DNA of 64,000 bases from Dimorphilus gyrociliatus (taxonomy: Eukaryota > Animalia > Annelida): contig CAJFCJ010000019.1 of NCBI GenBank assembly GCA_904063045.1, positions 2,982,684 to 3,046,683 on the forward strand, given 5' to 3'. Every line of letters starts with the position of its first letter. Within the stretch, counting starts at the first letter, position 1. Positions 12,679 through 27,349 of this stretch are shown piece by piece. The notes beneath the pieces are model-generated. The model made no database searches. It had not been told where the DNA came from and saw only the letters and a list, made by a program, of their open reading frames with translations. Both the position numbers and the translations under genes were made by a program.

Positions 12679-15375
12679 GATAGACAAGCGTTTCACTAAT
12701 CACATTGTTCCTCCCGGCAGCGAATGTTTTTACGGGACAATTTTTTCATTGGATTTATTTAATTCTATATATTGGGATTGGGGGCTACTTTTCTTAATTT
12801 TTTTTGCGGTCAAATTCGCCTTAGGAAAGCAAACAAAACATATTTCCTGACTGAAGCATATCCCTTCATTTGGCCTAAAAGAATTTCAAGGAGATTAGAG
12901 ATTCTTTCTAGGCACGTTTCATAAAGTTTATTGAATGATTCGAAGAATTTGCAGAATTGATAAAATATTTGCAGTAAAAGTGTTTATCGAGTACACTTAC
13001 ACTAAGTTGGAAGGTAATAAAATTCACACAGGACGGTCCAATTAAATTTTCCCTCCTCTAGCAGTTCAATTAACAGCAATCTATAATATTTTCTGTGTTT
13101 CCACAGTTTTTTAAAAATCAATAACGTCGCCGAGGGCCTTCATTCATAAGCCAATCGTTTTCATGAAAGTGTTATATTTAGATCATACCATAAAAAGAAA
13201 TCACCCCCACCCCCCTCTTCACCCTCTTCCTTTCTCAGCCATCACATAAAACTTTCAAACATTAATTTATTCATACTAGAAAAACAGCAAATTAGTACTG
13301 GCAATTTGTTTCCCAAAGAACTATCATAAAGCGCTAATAATCAAATTAACGCCATTTATCGGCCGTCTAATGACTTGGTAGATGATTCGACTAATCGAGT
13401 CAAGGAATGTATAGCTTTATAATAGGCACTTGACTAGAACGAATAAAGTAGAGAGAGGCACAGGGTGAAGATTGGGGTTGAATTTGGTGGAAAACCGCAA
13501 CCTAGCGAAAAATAACTTTTACGAAATAGCCAGAGGCACAAAATTCGGCGTGTGTATATATAAAAAAAAAAGAAAAGAAAAAAAAAAGAAAAGTACGAAA
13601 CTATCTTCTGTTTTATTTATTTTTCTGTTTTTCTTTTTTTGCAGAAAGCGCGTACGGGAACTGCAATAACTTACAATCAGGTAACTTTTGATTGTTGATT
13701 TTTGTCTGATTATATATTTTTCTTAGAGAGATCTTCTTCCCTCCTACCAATAGAAATTAATTATAATTTATTCAAACTGTTAGCATGGTTCGGAGTCCTG
13801 ACTAGAAAGATTCAATATTGTTGGTGCCTAATCCACAAAGTGGTGAGGCAGAGTCTTAAACAACACTTAACCCAAAACTTCCTTCATCAAATAACTTTAT
13901 CATATTTGCAAGCCTCAGTACACTTTAAGTGTCTAAACAAAGAAGACTTCAAATTATTGATAAGACATTTAGGCCTCTGTCGAGTAGTCCATTTCTCACA
14001 CATGTGGTTAAATGTTATGAAACACATTATAATAAGATATTGTAAAAGTCACTAGGTGATGAAACAGCACAGTAATATACATTAACTCTAATATTTAAAT
14101 GGAAGCAGCTGTGATAATGACACTAATATTTTGTTACTTGTTTCTCTTGTATATAGAATTTTAAAGATACCAGTTTAACTTATTTTCACCAATGTCTTTA
14201 AGATATTATTTAAAAGTTTCATAAAAGGGATATTAACTAACGTGTACCTCCCATACAGCCAACGGACGACAATAGCATAAAAGGTACGACACTACTCGAA
14301 TAAATTTACATTAATTTGCCTATTAAACCTAATTCTTCCTTTCAGCTGCCACACTGGATATCCGCAATACTCAAATAAAAGATTGCAGATTTTATGAAAA
14401 CTATAACACCTTACCTGTCTTTAGAGTTTGCAATGTCAACGAATCTGATGTTTAACCAATTAATGCACAACTGTGTTCATAAAATTAAATAAAGATATAT
14501 ACATAATATACTGTGAGTATATGTTTATTGCTCATGAATATTCAATTTTCTTTTTAAAAAAAAACAAATAATTTACATTTACTATGCTTTTTTGCTTGAG
14601 AATTCTTTACAAGAAAATTTTACTGTAAAAAGTCTTTGTTATGTATTTTTAATACGAATTCTACTTTAATAATTAATCGCACTGTAAAATCGCTGGCTTT
14701 TTTTTTATCCTCCGTTTGCTTCATTCCAAAAAATTTATCTTATCTTCTTTTCTTTTCTTTTCTTTTTTTGACTATTTAAACTCTGGAATGAATACAAAAT
14801 AGAAAAAAAACAATAATTTTCTATACTCAAAATTATTCTATATTTGTTTATTAATACTATTATAATTAATATATAAATAAATACATATATATATATATAC
14901 TGTATATATACTAATATATATATTTATATATAGAAACTTGTGCTAAACAGAAGTATTTGAATAAAGTTTTAACAAGACTTTACTATTGTTTTCCCCTTCT
15001 TTTCATTCATTCTTCTTATTTGAGAAAATATTAAACTAGTCGTCTAGATGTTATACCAAATATTTATAGCGTCATAGCCCAATTAAAAGGAAACCATTGA
15101 CCTTACATCGATCTATAGGTCATCTTACTTTTACACGGTTCAATACCTTATTACATGTCGATGCATTGACCGAATCGATTGACGAGCCGAGTGTTGCATT
15201 TCAAAAAATATTTATCAATAAGCAACCGTCTAAAATGACACCCGCTTAATGTTAGCGTTTCGTCGATAAAGCTGTTCGATAAGGACCCCTTAAAAATTAA
15301 TTAACTTCTTTCAATAATAAAATTCGTCAGCTGAATGGAATTATGGAACATTTAACGGTATTTATTAGGATTACC

Positions 15376-15380
<5 letters not shown>

Positions 15381-15410
<30 letters not shown>
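15381..15410. repeat. (AT)15 microsatellite
   Basis: Read directly from the sequence. Confidence 0.95.
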
Positions 15411-15414
<4 letters not shown>

Positions 15415-18400
15415 GGCTTTCAACATATAAGAGCAACAGTTTGAAAGAGAAATTAAATACTCGTTTTATAATTCAATGAATAGTTTGTCTCTCTAAACTT
15501 TTTAATCCATGTCCACTACTACATTCATATCTTTTGAATATTCTTTTCCAAAGATCTTTTCATTTCAGATTTTGAATGAAACGGTAATTTTATCGTAAGA
15601 TAATCTTTTTAGAAGGAATCTAGGAGAGGATAATAGACGATTTTCCCGTATTAACGAGTATATTGTCGGGATCGCAGCGAGGGAAGGGCAGGGACTTGTT
15701 GCATCGGCTTCCTTTGCATTCGAAGGGCGTAAAGAGGGCGTAAATAATTCAAAATTGTCAGATGGTGGAATTTTCGTGCAATTAATTCGTTTGCACAGCG
15801 GGAGATACCTACAAATAGCTGGGTATGTGATTAATTAACAACCCATTGGATACGATTTAATAACCTTGAAATAGATTAAAACAATAAGGAATTACCGATT
15901 AATATTCTTCTAATTAGACTTAAGATTTAAGAATTTTACTAACTCCAAAGTAAGGAAATACTATCCGTATTTACTATATATCTATATATTATATATATAT
16001 TCTGTATATATCTATATGAATAAAGAAACAAAAGACTCTGTAGCGTTTTTTTTTTAAAAAAAATATAACGAAGCAGAAAATGAAAAAGAATAGAGTAAAT
16101 CCAATGCGGCCATTAAGCTAGAAAAAGACCGGTATGTTTTAACTACAACACGTCTAAAATTTGAAAAGATATCCAAGAGAATACTCTACAAGCGCTTCTT
16201 TTTTAACAAGACGAAACGTTTCCTTATAGTCGATTTTATCATCTTAAAGATGATAAAACATTCAGGAAAATAACAATCTTTCCCTTGGAAACATTCAGTT
16301 ACACTATAAAAGAAAAAAATTGCGTGAAAGTACAGCGCTTGTAGGTAAATTATTCATAATAAAACTCTGGTTTTTCAAAGAGTAGAGAAATTGCATGTGA
16401 CAATAGCATTTTTATTAAATTAATAGCCGAATTATTTTATTAATTATTGTTAATTTTACACTTAAATCATTGTTTGAAGTATTTTGACGAGAAAATATAG
16501 AGGAGTCTTAATAAATGGGAAAATCCGATATTGCAGTAGATGTTAGTGATGTGCGAAATTATTGATAGTAAAGCTTTTGAAGTACTGTAAAGGTGGTATT
16601 AACGATTAGCCAAGCCGAACGAGAATTCTACCGACGGTTAAGAAGTCGAGTCGAGTTATAATCAATAAGGATTTTCGACCAATTGATTATAGGGTTGATT
16701 ATTTGTCGGAAAGCGATCCTTTGACGAGAAATAGTGCGAACTGTGTTGAAATTTATCCTGCGAACACGTAGCTTTCGCTACCAACTCGACATCCAGACTA
16801 AATTCTTCGTCTTTAATAGCGTTAATTGCCTTTCAATTTCTCAGTAGCATCCTAAATATCTACGCTTGGGAATTGGGTCTCTACATTTCCAATACATTTA
16901 TATACGAAATATATGATAAATGACATCTCCCTAGGTAAAAACATGGCATAATTCAAAGTCTAGCTGACGCTATGATGTCTTATAGTGAGTTACGAATCTA
17001 CGAAGAATGGATTGAGGAATTTAGAAAACTTCCTATCCCTAATCCGACTCTAACCCTAGTCGTGACAAGTGATTACACTCTACCGTCCGCGCACTTAATC
17101 TGCATCTTCTTCCTTTCGGCGCTTTTTTATATATTTGCTTTGTATTATAAACTAACTTATGGAATAAACTTCTGCAAAGAAAGTTAGATGGAAGGTTTAT
17201 ATATATATAAATACGGTATATATATATATATAAATCAAACAAAAATCCTTTCGTTTCCTCGCCATCTACTGGCCTAATTATTTCGTTTCTCGTATGTAAG
17301 ACAGGCAGAGAATTCTGAATAAAAGCCATTCTGTCACATATTGTCTAATTAATCCTTTATAAAAACGAACTTTCATTCTTTATGCTCATTGAAGAGTAAT
17401 TGAGCTGCTTGAAGATTGTAAAGAAGTCTTTGAACTATAGTTAACGCTTTCTTACGCATATAGACATTAATATCATTTATTTAGTCATTATATCAATAGA
17501 AACTATAAATTATAAGAGGTTGTTTTATAATACTGTAATTTGTAAGGGATAACACCTTAAACTCTTAAACGCCTAATACTATTAATCTGAAAATCTTTGC
17601 TCTGAAGATTCAATCAATAAATAGCTGATTTTCGATAAACTTGTACTACTTTGCCAACATTTATCTATAATTTTAGTAGAATAGGAAATTATCAAGCTTG
17701 TAAGCGAACTCTCTGATTGTAAAAAAAAACAAAAAAAGCAAAATTGGTGGCAAAGTCACGCTACATCAACTGAGAGAAAACATGAACGGCTTTGCGGTCG
17801 ATCCGCTACTTATTAGTCTCGCCGTATAAACTGTAAACAGTAGTATTCTCGAAATTGATAGTTTTCAAATATATTCAATATATAAATATTATTATTATTA
17901 TATACACAGTAGCCTTAATAGCATTGAAAAATTATGATTTTTTCATTATGTTTTCAAGTACTAATTTTTAATTAATATCTTTTCAAAAATTACATTACAT
18001 GAAATTAATTAAAATATTGGATTATTGTTAGATGCACTAATCCCAAGAGAAATCTGTTATAATAATTAGTTTCCTGAAAAAATCCACTTTTACCGTTTTA
18101 TTAACCGACTTCAATATGTAATTAACCCCCTCTTTCAAGCAACAGACAACATCAATCAGCTTCAGTTCATCCAGCCATTTAATTTGCATAAAATTCCATC
18201 CGTCATAGCGTGACTAAAAAACCAGATTAAAACGGAACAAAAAAAACACAATTTTCCCTCCTCACATCTCACGCTATGGTTTTCTGTAATAATTTACAAT
18301 TTTTGTAAGAAATATTCCTAAAAGAGCGAATACTGTCAGGTTCAAGAGACTACATGTGTAAACTTTGATACTTTCTTATTCTTAATGTCCTTAAAATATT

Positions 18401-21400
18401 GTCAGATATTTGTCATAATGGCTTCAATCAATTATACTCCACTATTTACAGTTTGTAAAATATAGCAAGGCAATTTGAGAGGACTTTATTCATAATCCTT
18501 CCTGAAAATTTCCCTATACTTACGAATAGAGAGGAGAGAAAGTGTAGAAAGCTGGAATTTTTTGCTGAGATTCATACTAGATATTCTATAGTAATAGTTG
18601 TATAAATCGACGTCAACATCTATTAACTTGTCATAACTGTTTTTTTACAATAATCTTATTTACACAGCGTAAATGAACGATTGAGAAAGAATTAAAGATA
18701 AATATTTAGGTGAAGATGTTCTTTTCAGGAGTTTCTTACAGTTTATAAAACCTATTCGCCCCTTATGATTTCATAAGAGTTGGGTTTATAATTAAGGTAA
18801 TATGAGTAAAAGATTAATTGAAATTTCTACTCCTATTACTAATAAGGATATTATTTCGTAAGAGTGCAATCTTTACGAAAAATACAAGAACCTTTAAATC
18901 ATTGTAAATAAGAAAGCTTGTAACATAAATATATAATTTATTGTTACCAACAGTACAGCCTCATAAAACAATCCATCACTTCTAAAGATTCCGCTACGGA
19001 AAAATGATCGTAAAGATTGGATTCGTTACTTTCCCGGTGAAATACTTTGCAGAATTTAAGACAATTGATGAACTTGAACTCTTAAAGATGAATAAGTTAA
19101 TTTTTTCGATCGGGGTAAAGTATCAATAAATTTCAGTAATTGCTTAGTCAGTGATCAGTCTCCTGAAACAATCTGTCGCTGCAGTAAATTTTACGCTACA
19201 GTAGAGAAAAGGGGCGATAGAAGTGTAAGTATGTGTATATTTTTAGTTATCGCTTTGAAGTTGCGAAATGTATTGAAACTAATCTGTCAAAGCTGCCTTA
19301 GACTAATGACTCTGATCAATTTGAAGGAAATGAGTGAGTATGCCGATCGAATAGCCGAATTCTCTACTTTTGCATCAATTTCTGTGGACTTCGACCTTGA
19401 CCTTTTTACAAAAGGGTCATCCATCGTTATGGTTGGTTTATTTTCCTGTTACTTAAATTGTTATGGTGCATTGGACATAATATTAATATATAATTGATCG
19501 ATTAAATCGAGCGTTTCCTTATTCATTTCGCTATAATTCAGTATACCTGCTTTCCTGTTAATAAAGAATTGTTTTTTAAAGTTTTGATACTATTGATATA
19601 TTGACAAAAAATATTAATATTTCCAAATAATGATGACAATAAAAAAGACTTATAAATAAAAAAAACAAATACAAACTAATACATTAAATAATTCTTCTTG
19701 AACTTTTGAGAAGCTTATTGTAGCTTTATTGCAGCTTATACGAATAATTAAGCCTCCATTAAAACAAGTACTTACAGAGTGCTTAAACAATTATTTAGTC
19801 TTAACGAGTCTGTCAAATGTTTAAAAAAAGACTATTTTCTTTATATTTATATATAAAAAAAAGAAAAAACAGTAGGGTTTAATAAAAAACACCCTGCAAT
19901 ATTTTTATTAATCTTAATTGTCATAATAGGTTGGTTAATTGTACTTGAAAAAGGTTGGTTTTAAAGAAAACTTGCATTTATGAAAGCGAAAGAGAAAACT
20001 AGCCTTTAGCTGATGAAATAAGATCAAAAGTCATTTCTTAATTAGGCAATAGTTTAAGGTAACTAAAGGTTCTTTTCACTTTTTTCAACATACTAATAAA
20101 AGATAGAATCTATATGAAATTCATTATTTTGTGGTACATCTTAATCACTTTGTAAATGATATATCATTTAGTTAAACAAAAGGTAGAATTATCTTATAAG
20201 CCTGGAGAATTTGCCATTGTTAAGATCAACCAACTCTTTACCTCGGCAATTATCCTGTCTTCCTGTCTATATGTTTACTTCAAATTTGCAATTCTTTAAC
20301 CGTGGGTGTAATTAAGGGCGAGGCGTTATTTGTTGAGCTTTGACATTTCGCAAAGAAGAAAGACAAACGCCTTTATCTTGTCAATTTATATTGGCCAAAC
20401 TGGGTTTGTAATAGAAAGCCCTGAAGCTGTGAGTGAAGATAAAACTAATAGGCGCTTAAATAGCTCCCCTTTAGCACCGTCAACTCGAAGGGAGAAAATC
20501 CTTATACTTAATTGCAAAAAAAGCATCCGAAAAATGTGGCAAATATTCCGTTCAATAAACTACGGATTAGCGTATGATCACAAGCGATTCTTATTAATCT
20601 CTCTAGGCCCTCTCAAAACGACTTGACTGACGGAGGCTATAAGGCAAACTCTCCCAGCCAATTGACGAAACCAGCTGGGATTATAGCGGCTAGCAAACAA
20701 GAACAGTTAACTATATATATATACTCTCAAAAAGAAAGGGCAAACAAGTCGTGACAAACTGGTAAAATATATAATTGTCTTTTCTTATTTTACCGAACTA
20801 GATAAAGTAGCTTAAATGTGCGCAACTTTCTTTTAGTCAGACTTTCTTGAGAAGATTGCACCATTTTGTTTGTCAAAGACAAATAATTTTGTTCTGAGTA
20901 AGAACTGGGTATTTGAGTTAGAATACAAACTACGTTTGTATATTCCCATCTATATAAAGGTCAGACCGAAATCACTCTCAGTTTGCCAAGGGCTAGTTGT
21001 CTCTCGATATGTCATAAGGCTTTACGATTATTTATGAATAAATAATCTACTTGCAACTAAAATACGTTTGTCAGCGAAGTTTTTAGACAAAAGAGTTTGT
21101 CTGATGAGCTCAGTTCTCGCCTGACTGTCCAATTTGATCAGTTGCACAAACGCTTTGGCTGTTTGTCAAAGCTTTTGGCTCTAATTATGCCCTATACACT
21201 GCTACCTCTCTCCAATCAACCTTTCAATTTGTCACGAACACTGACCTTGAGCGCCTTCCTCAAGGTTATATAACCTGCTTCAGTTATCCCAATCTAACAC
21301 TCGAAAATCCTCGACGCCATTTCTATTTCATTTCTTTTTTGTCCCTAAACTTGGAAGAAAACACATGTTCAATTCATATTTTCGTATCTTCAATCACGTA

Positions 21401-22592
21401 ATAACCGGTGACAAATAGTCGACTTAGGTATGTCAAAGTGTGACGCTCAAGTGACGCTGTATAGACGTGACTAGGAGGCTGTCAATTGAGCAGAATGAAA
21501 AAGATAAATGATGCAACATTCCTTCTATTTTAGACATTTTTACTCATCTCCTAATATTGTTTCAGTCGTTTTCTTCTACAATCTTTCCGTAAACGTCATT
21601 ATATAGTATTTATCGCTCAGCACGCGGTTTCTTCTAATCTGATTACGGCCTAATTGAGCAAAATAGGCCTATCAATCACTTCTAAGCTTCTCCAAATGAT
21701 ACTGAGCGAAAAAAATGGTTTGTTTTTGTCCCGATATGCCTGTTTATGAAAGATTATAGAACATTTAGAGATTGTTCGATTTCGAGTACAAAACCTGCAA
21801 GATTTTATTTTTAGTTTCCGTTAGTTGTCTTTACTATAAACCTTAAACTTAATTCATTAAATTGACAGCTTGATCAAAAGTCTTTTAGAAAACACCACTA
21901 ACGAAGTTTTTCGAATACTTATAAGGGAACAAGGGTGCTGTATTGAAGGCTTTTCGAGTATCTTCGAATTATGCATAGATCTGGCGACATCGTCTTACAA
22001 GATAGAATGGAAGAATATTGCTTTCAATCAACTGTTTTCAATCCAAGCTTTATTTAGCTTTTTCTCTAGAAAAATTTCACCAAAATTCAATAGTTGTGAA
22101 ATTTCGAACTGACTTTTTTAAGTTCTTTATTTAAAGATCAACAGATGGCGTTATCTCTTATATTGTAATTTGGGTTATTGCCTTAAAGTTACTGGTTTTT
22201 TTATATATTATATTTGTGCTTTACTATATTGTAACAGGATTTTTTAAGATACAATTAACATTTGGTTTTAACCATTGCTAACGCAAAATAGGATAGATAG
22301 CATTTATAAGGTTATAATTAATGCAAGAAATACATCAAGTATAACCCTGTTTGCCTTAGTGCACTAACTAATATCTTCCCCAAAATATGATTTGTCAGTA
22401 AACAATGTCATTTTCTTTTATTCGACAGATGGCGTTCAAACGGTTGCTATGAAATTTTCATATGGCGGCTGAATAACACTGTTAATGACTAGGAGAAAGA
22501 ATTTCCCAATATTACCAGATTTTCCATATCTAGAAACAATATTTTAAAATTATAGGCGAATTAATGTTCTTATTGAATAAATACCTTCGACC

Positions 22593-24568
22593 ATGTCTCT
22601 CTCGGATGAAAATATGAAGCACATTGTAAATTCACTATCAGAAGAGGTTCTTACGGATAAATTAAATTTTGAATTTCTCAAAGCCGCTGAAAATGAAGCA
22701 TCTAGACTCGAATCAGGATTGGCTGATTTAAAAGATTATGTAATATCTGGCTTAAAACAATCAGGTCATGAACAAAAATTAGCAAATTTTGTTTTAAGAA
22801 GACTACCTCATATTAAACAATTGCATCATCATTTAACTCCTGAGGAACACAAAAAAGAGCCTATTACATACATTCGAAAGAGTCAAGTGAGTTAATAATT
22901 GTATTTAATTGAAAGAAGTCAAGCCTTTATTAATATATAGTTGGCTTGGGAAAAAAGGATATGGAAGAGCCTAAATAGCATGTGCACAGAGCTTAGTTTA
23001 CCATTAGCCAGAAAGGTATTTATAAATTTGTTTATATTTATAATTTATTTCTACTAATTAATTCTAACCTTCCGTAGCGTCCTGATAAAGATTTTAAAGA
23101 TATGAATAGAAAATGGTCCGAGTTAGGCAGTGATGAGCCTAGTTAGTACCCTTCTTCTTTTATTTTGTTTCAAGTCACTGTTTTTCAGATCTATCGCAAA
23201 TCCGTCCTGTTTATGCGCCTAAGGATTTCTTAGAAGTTGTATCAGGAGTAAAGAATCCCAACTGCAATGATTTTCCCTTATATAACAATTGGGGTTTAAT
23301 TCAAGCTACCTTAAAAGTAAAATCATTACACGAACTGGTCTGTTGATACTATTTGACTTTTTTAAATAATGTACAATTTTTAAACAAATTATTTTTACGT
23401 TTCAGCGGCTACAATATAGTCACATGTCCATAAACCAAGCTCAGAGTGGAGTGGACGATTTAACCAGGACACCAACAGATATATTCCAAGGAGAAAGAAA
23501 TAAACTTGCAAAAAAGGTGATAAAAAGTTGCATGGCTGGAGCAGTACAGGAATTTCTCAAGAAAGGATCTCCAACAGGATGCAGAAATCAAATTTGGAAT
23601 AGCATTTTAGGAATCGAAATTGGAGATGAAGAGAAGTTGTATTACGATCAATTGAAAAATAGCGTATTAGTACATGACTTATTAGTAGATAATTTAATCT
23701 ATAAAGTAAGTAAAGTACTTTATATTCCCACTTTTTAAAGTATTATTGAATGTTTTTTAGGACATTAAATTAACAGCAACTAATGACGACCAGTATTTTG
23801 TGTTCGAGGATTATCTTTATCAAGTTTGTCTTATTCTATTTATTTCAAAGTTTAAGACTTTATCTAAGGTATATTTAATTTTGTTCTTCAAGGTACTTCT
23901 ACCATTTTTTCGAGATTTAGTTATCTTGGAAACGATAAAAAAAAGTACAGCAACGCCGGCAAAAAGTTATATTAGAGGAAAATTAGGTAATGAAGAATAT
24001 GCTGTATTTTATCCTCCAAATGGAGTAATTCCTTTCCATGGATTCTCTATGTATGGTAAGAAAATAATATAGCAATGTGTATCGTAAGTATTGAAATCAC
24101 ATTTTTCCAGTGGCACCGCTATGCTATTGCTATGACGATCCGATAATGCTTTACTACGTGTTTCGAGCATTTTATGCAAGATTTTTTCATCATCTCCATT
24201 GTGTATCTTCTCACCAGCAAGGAATACTTTCATTGAGCCTATTATTCGAGCGTCTTCTCCAACAAATTGAACCACAATTATTCTACCATTTATGCTCCAT
24301 TGGTGTTCAACCATTAAAAATATCTTTCAAATGGATTATAAGAGCCTTTTCTGGGTATTTATGTTCAGAACAAGTTTTACTGCTTTGGGACAGAATTTTA
24401 GCTTATGATTCATTAGAAATTTTAGCAGTATTGGCTGTTGCTATTTTTTCTTTTAGAAAAACAAATTTACTCCAGATTCAATCATTTCAAGCAGCTGAAG
24501 CAGTTATGAACGATCTCACTGGACTGAAAGTAATACCACTTTTGCAGCTTACACTATTTAGTGAATAA
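22593..24568 (+). CDS. TBC1D19: TBC1 domain family member 19 (multi-exon)
   Basis: Spliced translation contains KEPITYIRKSQ-LAWEKRIWKSLNSMCTELSLPLARK, RPVYAPKDFLE, KSYIRGKLGNEEYAVFYPPNGVIPFHGFSMY and LLWDRILAYDSLEILAVLA, all matching TBC1D19. GT-AG introns join in frame. Confidence 0.95.
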
Positions 24569-24970
24569 AAACATCCAAAAAAACAACAAATATTTTCATT
24601 AAATTATGAAATATTGCGTCCAGTCAAATTTTGTTTGCATAAACAGGGTTTCAAAGTGTATTTAGCATAATAAAGCACCAAACGTACAGAATAGGTTTCA
24701 AGGTATAAAGCTTCATCAAAATACAGAAAAGTAAAATTACTTATAGAATCTTGGTTGCATTTCGTATAAAATGGCACGCTTATAAAAATTAAAGGTTCAA
24801 AACGAAATCTGTCTTTTAAGCCAATAATGGCAAGACCTAAAAATTCTACCGGATACTTTAATCATTATTAGTAAAAATGAATTTTATACCAAACATGATT
24901 AAAAGTTTAAGCGAGTGGAAAAATAGATAGGATCTAATCTACAAACTATGCTAATTCTTGCTTTGAAGAA

Positions 24971-27349
24971 TTATTCTTTCTGAGGATCTGGCAATCTAAT
25001 GTTCATGGAGCCCAAAATATTGGAAGTAGGACCTGCTCCTCCATCTTGGCTGACATAGGACTCCAGTAGGTTTTTAACAACATTTAGATCAATATCGACT
25101 TCTGGCAAATTATCTGAACGTTTGCTTTCTTTACCTTCTTTTTGCCCACCAGTGATTTCATCTTCTTCGCCTACTTTGACAAAACTTTTTCCAACATTCG
25201 TTGGAGCTAGCTCTTCATCCATCATTGCCATTATTTCTTCTAAACGTTTATCGGTTTTTGTTTGACTTTTTTTCTTGGACTTTGCAGCCTGTGTTTCCAT
25301 TTCATCTTCGCTTGAAAACTCTCCGTACTCATCCATTGAATTGGATGAATCACTTAGAAAGTTATCATCTTGCTTTCCTGTTGTTAAACATTAAATTATA
25401 TCTGAATTCTCATTTCATTTATTACCTATAGCATCCATATCTTTTAGAGATTTCATAAACTCTGTAGGTTGAAAATCGATGTCTCCACTGAAACAAAGTA
25501 TTTAATTAACAAAAAACCCTAAAAGTACAACTTACTCTGGGATTTCAGCACCGTCAATGTCACCCTTTTTGTCCAGAAACTGTTTGAGTGCGAATGGTAA
25601 ATTGTTTATTTTGAAATCTTCCGCTTTCTTTGTCCCTGATGTTTCAGCTAGCATTTCATCGAGTTTATTTGGAGTTAAATTAAGCCAAGTGTCGTCTGAG
25701 AACAATACACTATATTATAAAACTCCTCATGCTGTTTTTATTTATTTATTTAATTTGAAGTAAAATGACACCCACCATCCTCGGGTAAGATGTTTGTCTC
25801 CTCTTTTCTCATAGACTCGATGTCGAAGTTTAAGCAATCATATAAACCAATGATCTCCTCTCCAATAGTAGCCATGCTAAAATCTTAAATTGAGAAACTT
25901 ATCTCTCTTTACATAAAATCTTACTTATTTCTATTCTGATTATCCTCTTGCCTGACCATATCCAGATAAAAATTTTGGGCCTGCCTTTCTAAATTCAACT
26001 TTGTCTCAGTACTTGTATCTTCATCCTACAAATCAAAGCTTCATAAAAATTACATGAAATGAATTATTAACTCATACTTTAAAATAGCCAAACTTTCTTA
26101 GAGAATCTTTAAATTTTTCCCATCTCTTGTCGCCTTCAGTGACAGTCATAACTTTGGTGGTGTTACTTGTTTTAGCTTTAGAACAAAGTATCTCTGCTCC
26201 GTAGGCCTATAAAAATTTCATATATTTAATTACAAGTATTAGTATTTGGTATATTTTTAGTGAATATTATACCAGTTTCACACCCAGGTCGCAGCTTTTA
26301 TAAGTTTTAGATGATGGATCTGGTAGATCCCATCCTGATCGCTTATCAGGTCTGAAATTTTGATGCAATAACTGAGCATACATGCATTTATTCATTTTGA
26401 TAGCCCTTTTCACACGTGTGCCCGGTCGAAAGTACTTGAGTGTTGCACATTTCTACAAAATGGAACAACTAGGTTAGTCTGAGCCGTTGCGCGTAATTTT
26501 ATAAAACATACTTTCATATCAATTGCATCTCTATTCCAAAAAGAATCGACAATTGAAGATATTAACTGAGGTTTATAATCCAGTAACTTTCCTAGAAATG
26601 CAGGAACATAACAATGACAAGTGTGCAATAAAGTCGAAATTTTTTTAGGAAAAGCCTGTATCCGATGCAAGATATCTTTTTGTATCTCCTCGGAAGCTCG
26701 TGTTTTCAAAGGATTTTGTCGAACAATAAAAACACCTTCCGAAGGTGAATTGACAACAGGATATTCAGATTTTGAAATTATATGTAAATTTCCTTTAAAA
26801 ATATAAACCTGAAAGAAGTAATTTAGTATTCTAAAGCCAATCACAAAAGTTTCTTTCTCACTCTGTTCTTGGCTTTATCATCTGATTGAAGCCACTCTGG
26901 AAGATTATTCGATGCTTCGATTAGTAGAAACTCCCCATCATTGTCCCATACTCTGCATAAATGTACCATTAAATTCAAAAATCTTAAATCCTCGAAAAAG
27001 CTTACTTGGCTACTAAACCTTCGTTTTGACGAGAAAGCTCAAATAGTAGGTAAACAATAAGCCATTCATCTTCTATGTTATCGCCGAATTTTGTGTTTCC
27101 CGCAAAATAATCTTTATCGTTATCTAAAATAAATTACATTTGAAGGTAGTTCAAGATGGATTTCCGCAAACCTTTAGGGACGTCTACTAGAAAAGAGTCA
27201 TTTTGCCAAATATATGTGGAAACTATAGGAAAAACTTGAGCCAAAATTCGGTCTTTTATTTCTTTAAAGTATTTTTCATATTCATCCTCACGTACCTCAG
27301 CTGGAATCTGAGGAAATATAAAATATTCGACTTCATTCTCATCACCCAT
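24971..27349 (-). CDS. ECD: Ecdysoneless homolog (ECD/hSGT1), multi-exon
   Basis: YIWQND near the N-terminus, DFEGNIEW segment, acidic C-terminus ending DIDLNVVKNLLESYVSQDGGAGPTSNILGSMNIRLP, typical of ECD. Confidence 0.92.

Noticed and set aside
13686-13697. TTTTGATTGTTG, matching the 5' part of miR-315
   Set aside because: The match stops at 12 nt and no precursor hairpin is evident.
16657-16700. 10-bp inverted repeat TATAATCAAT/ATTGATTATA
   Set aside because: Short AT-only stem, expected by chance; too short for a pre-miRNA.
18329-18341. AATACTGTCAGGT, resembling miR-8/miR-200
   Set aside because: The first base and 3' half mismatch, and there is no complementary star arm upstream.
19231-22112. 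ORFs at 19231, 20330 and 21870
   Set aside because: No recognisable domain or exon chain; treated as chance ORFs.
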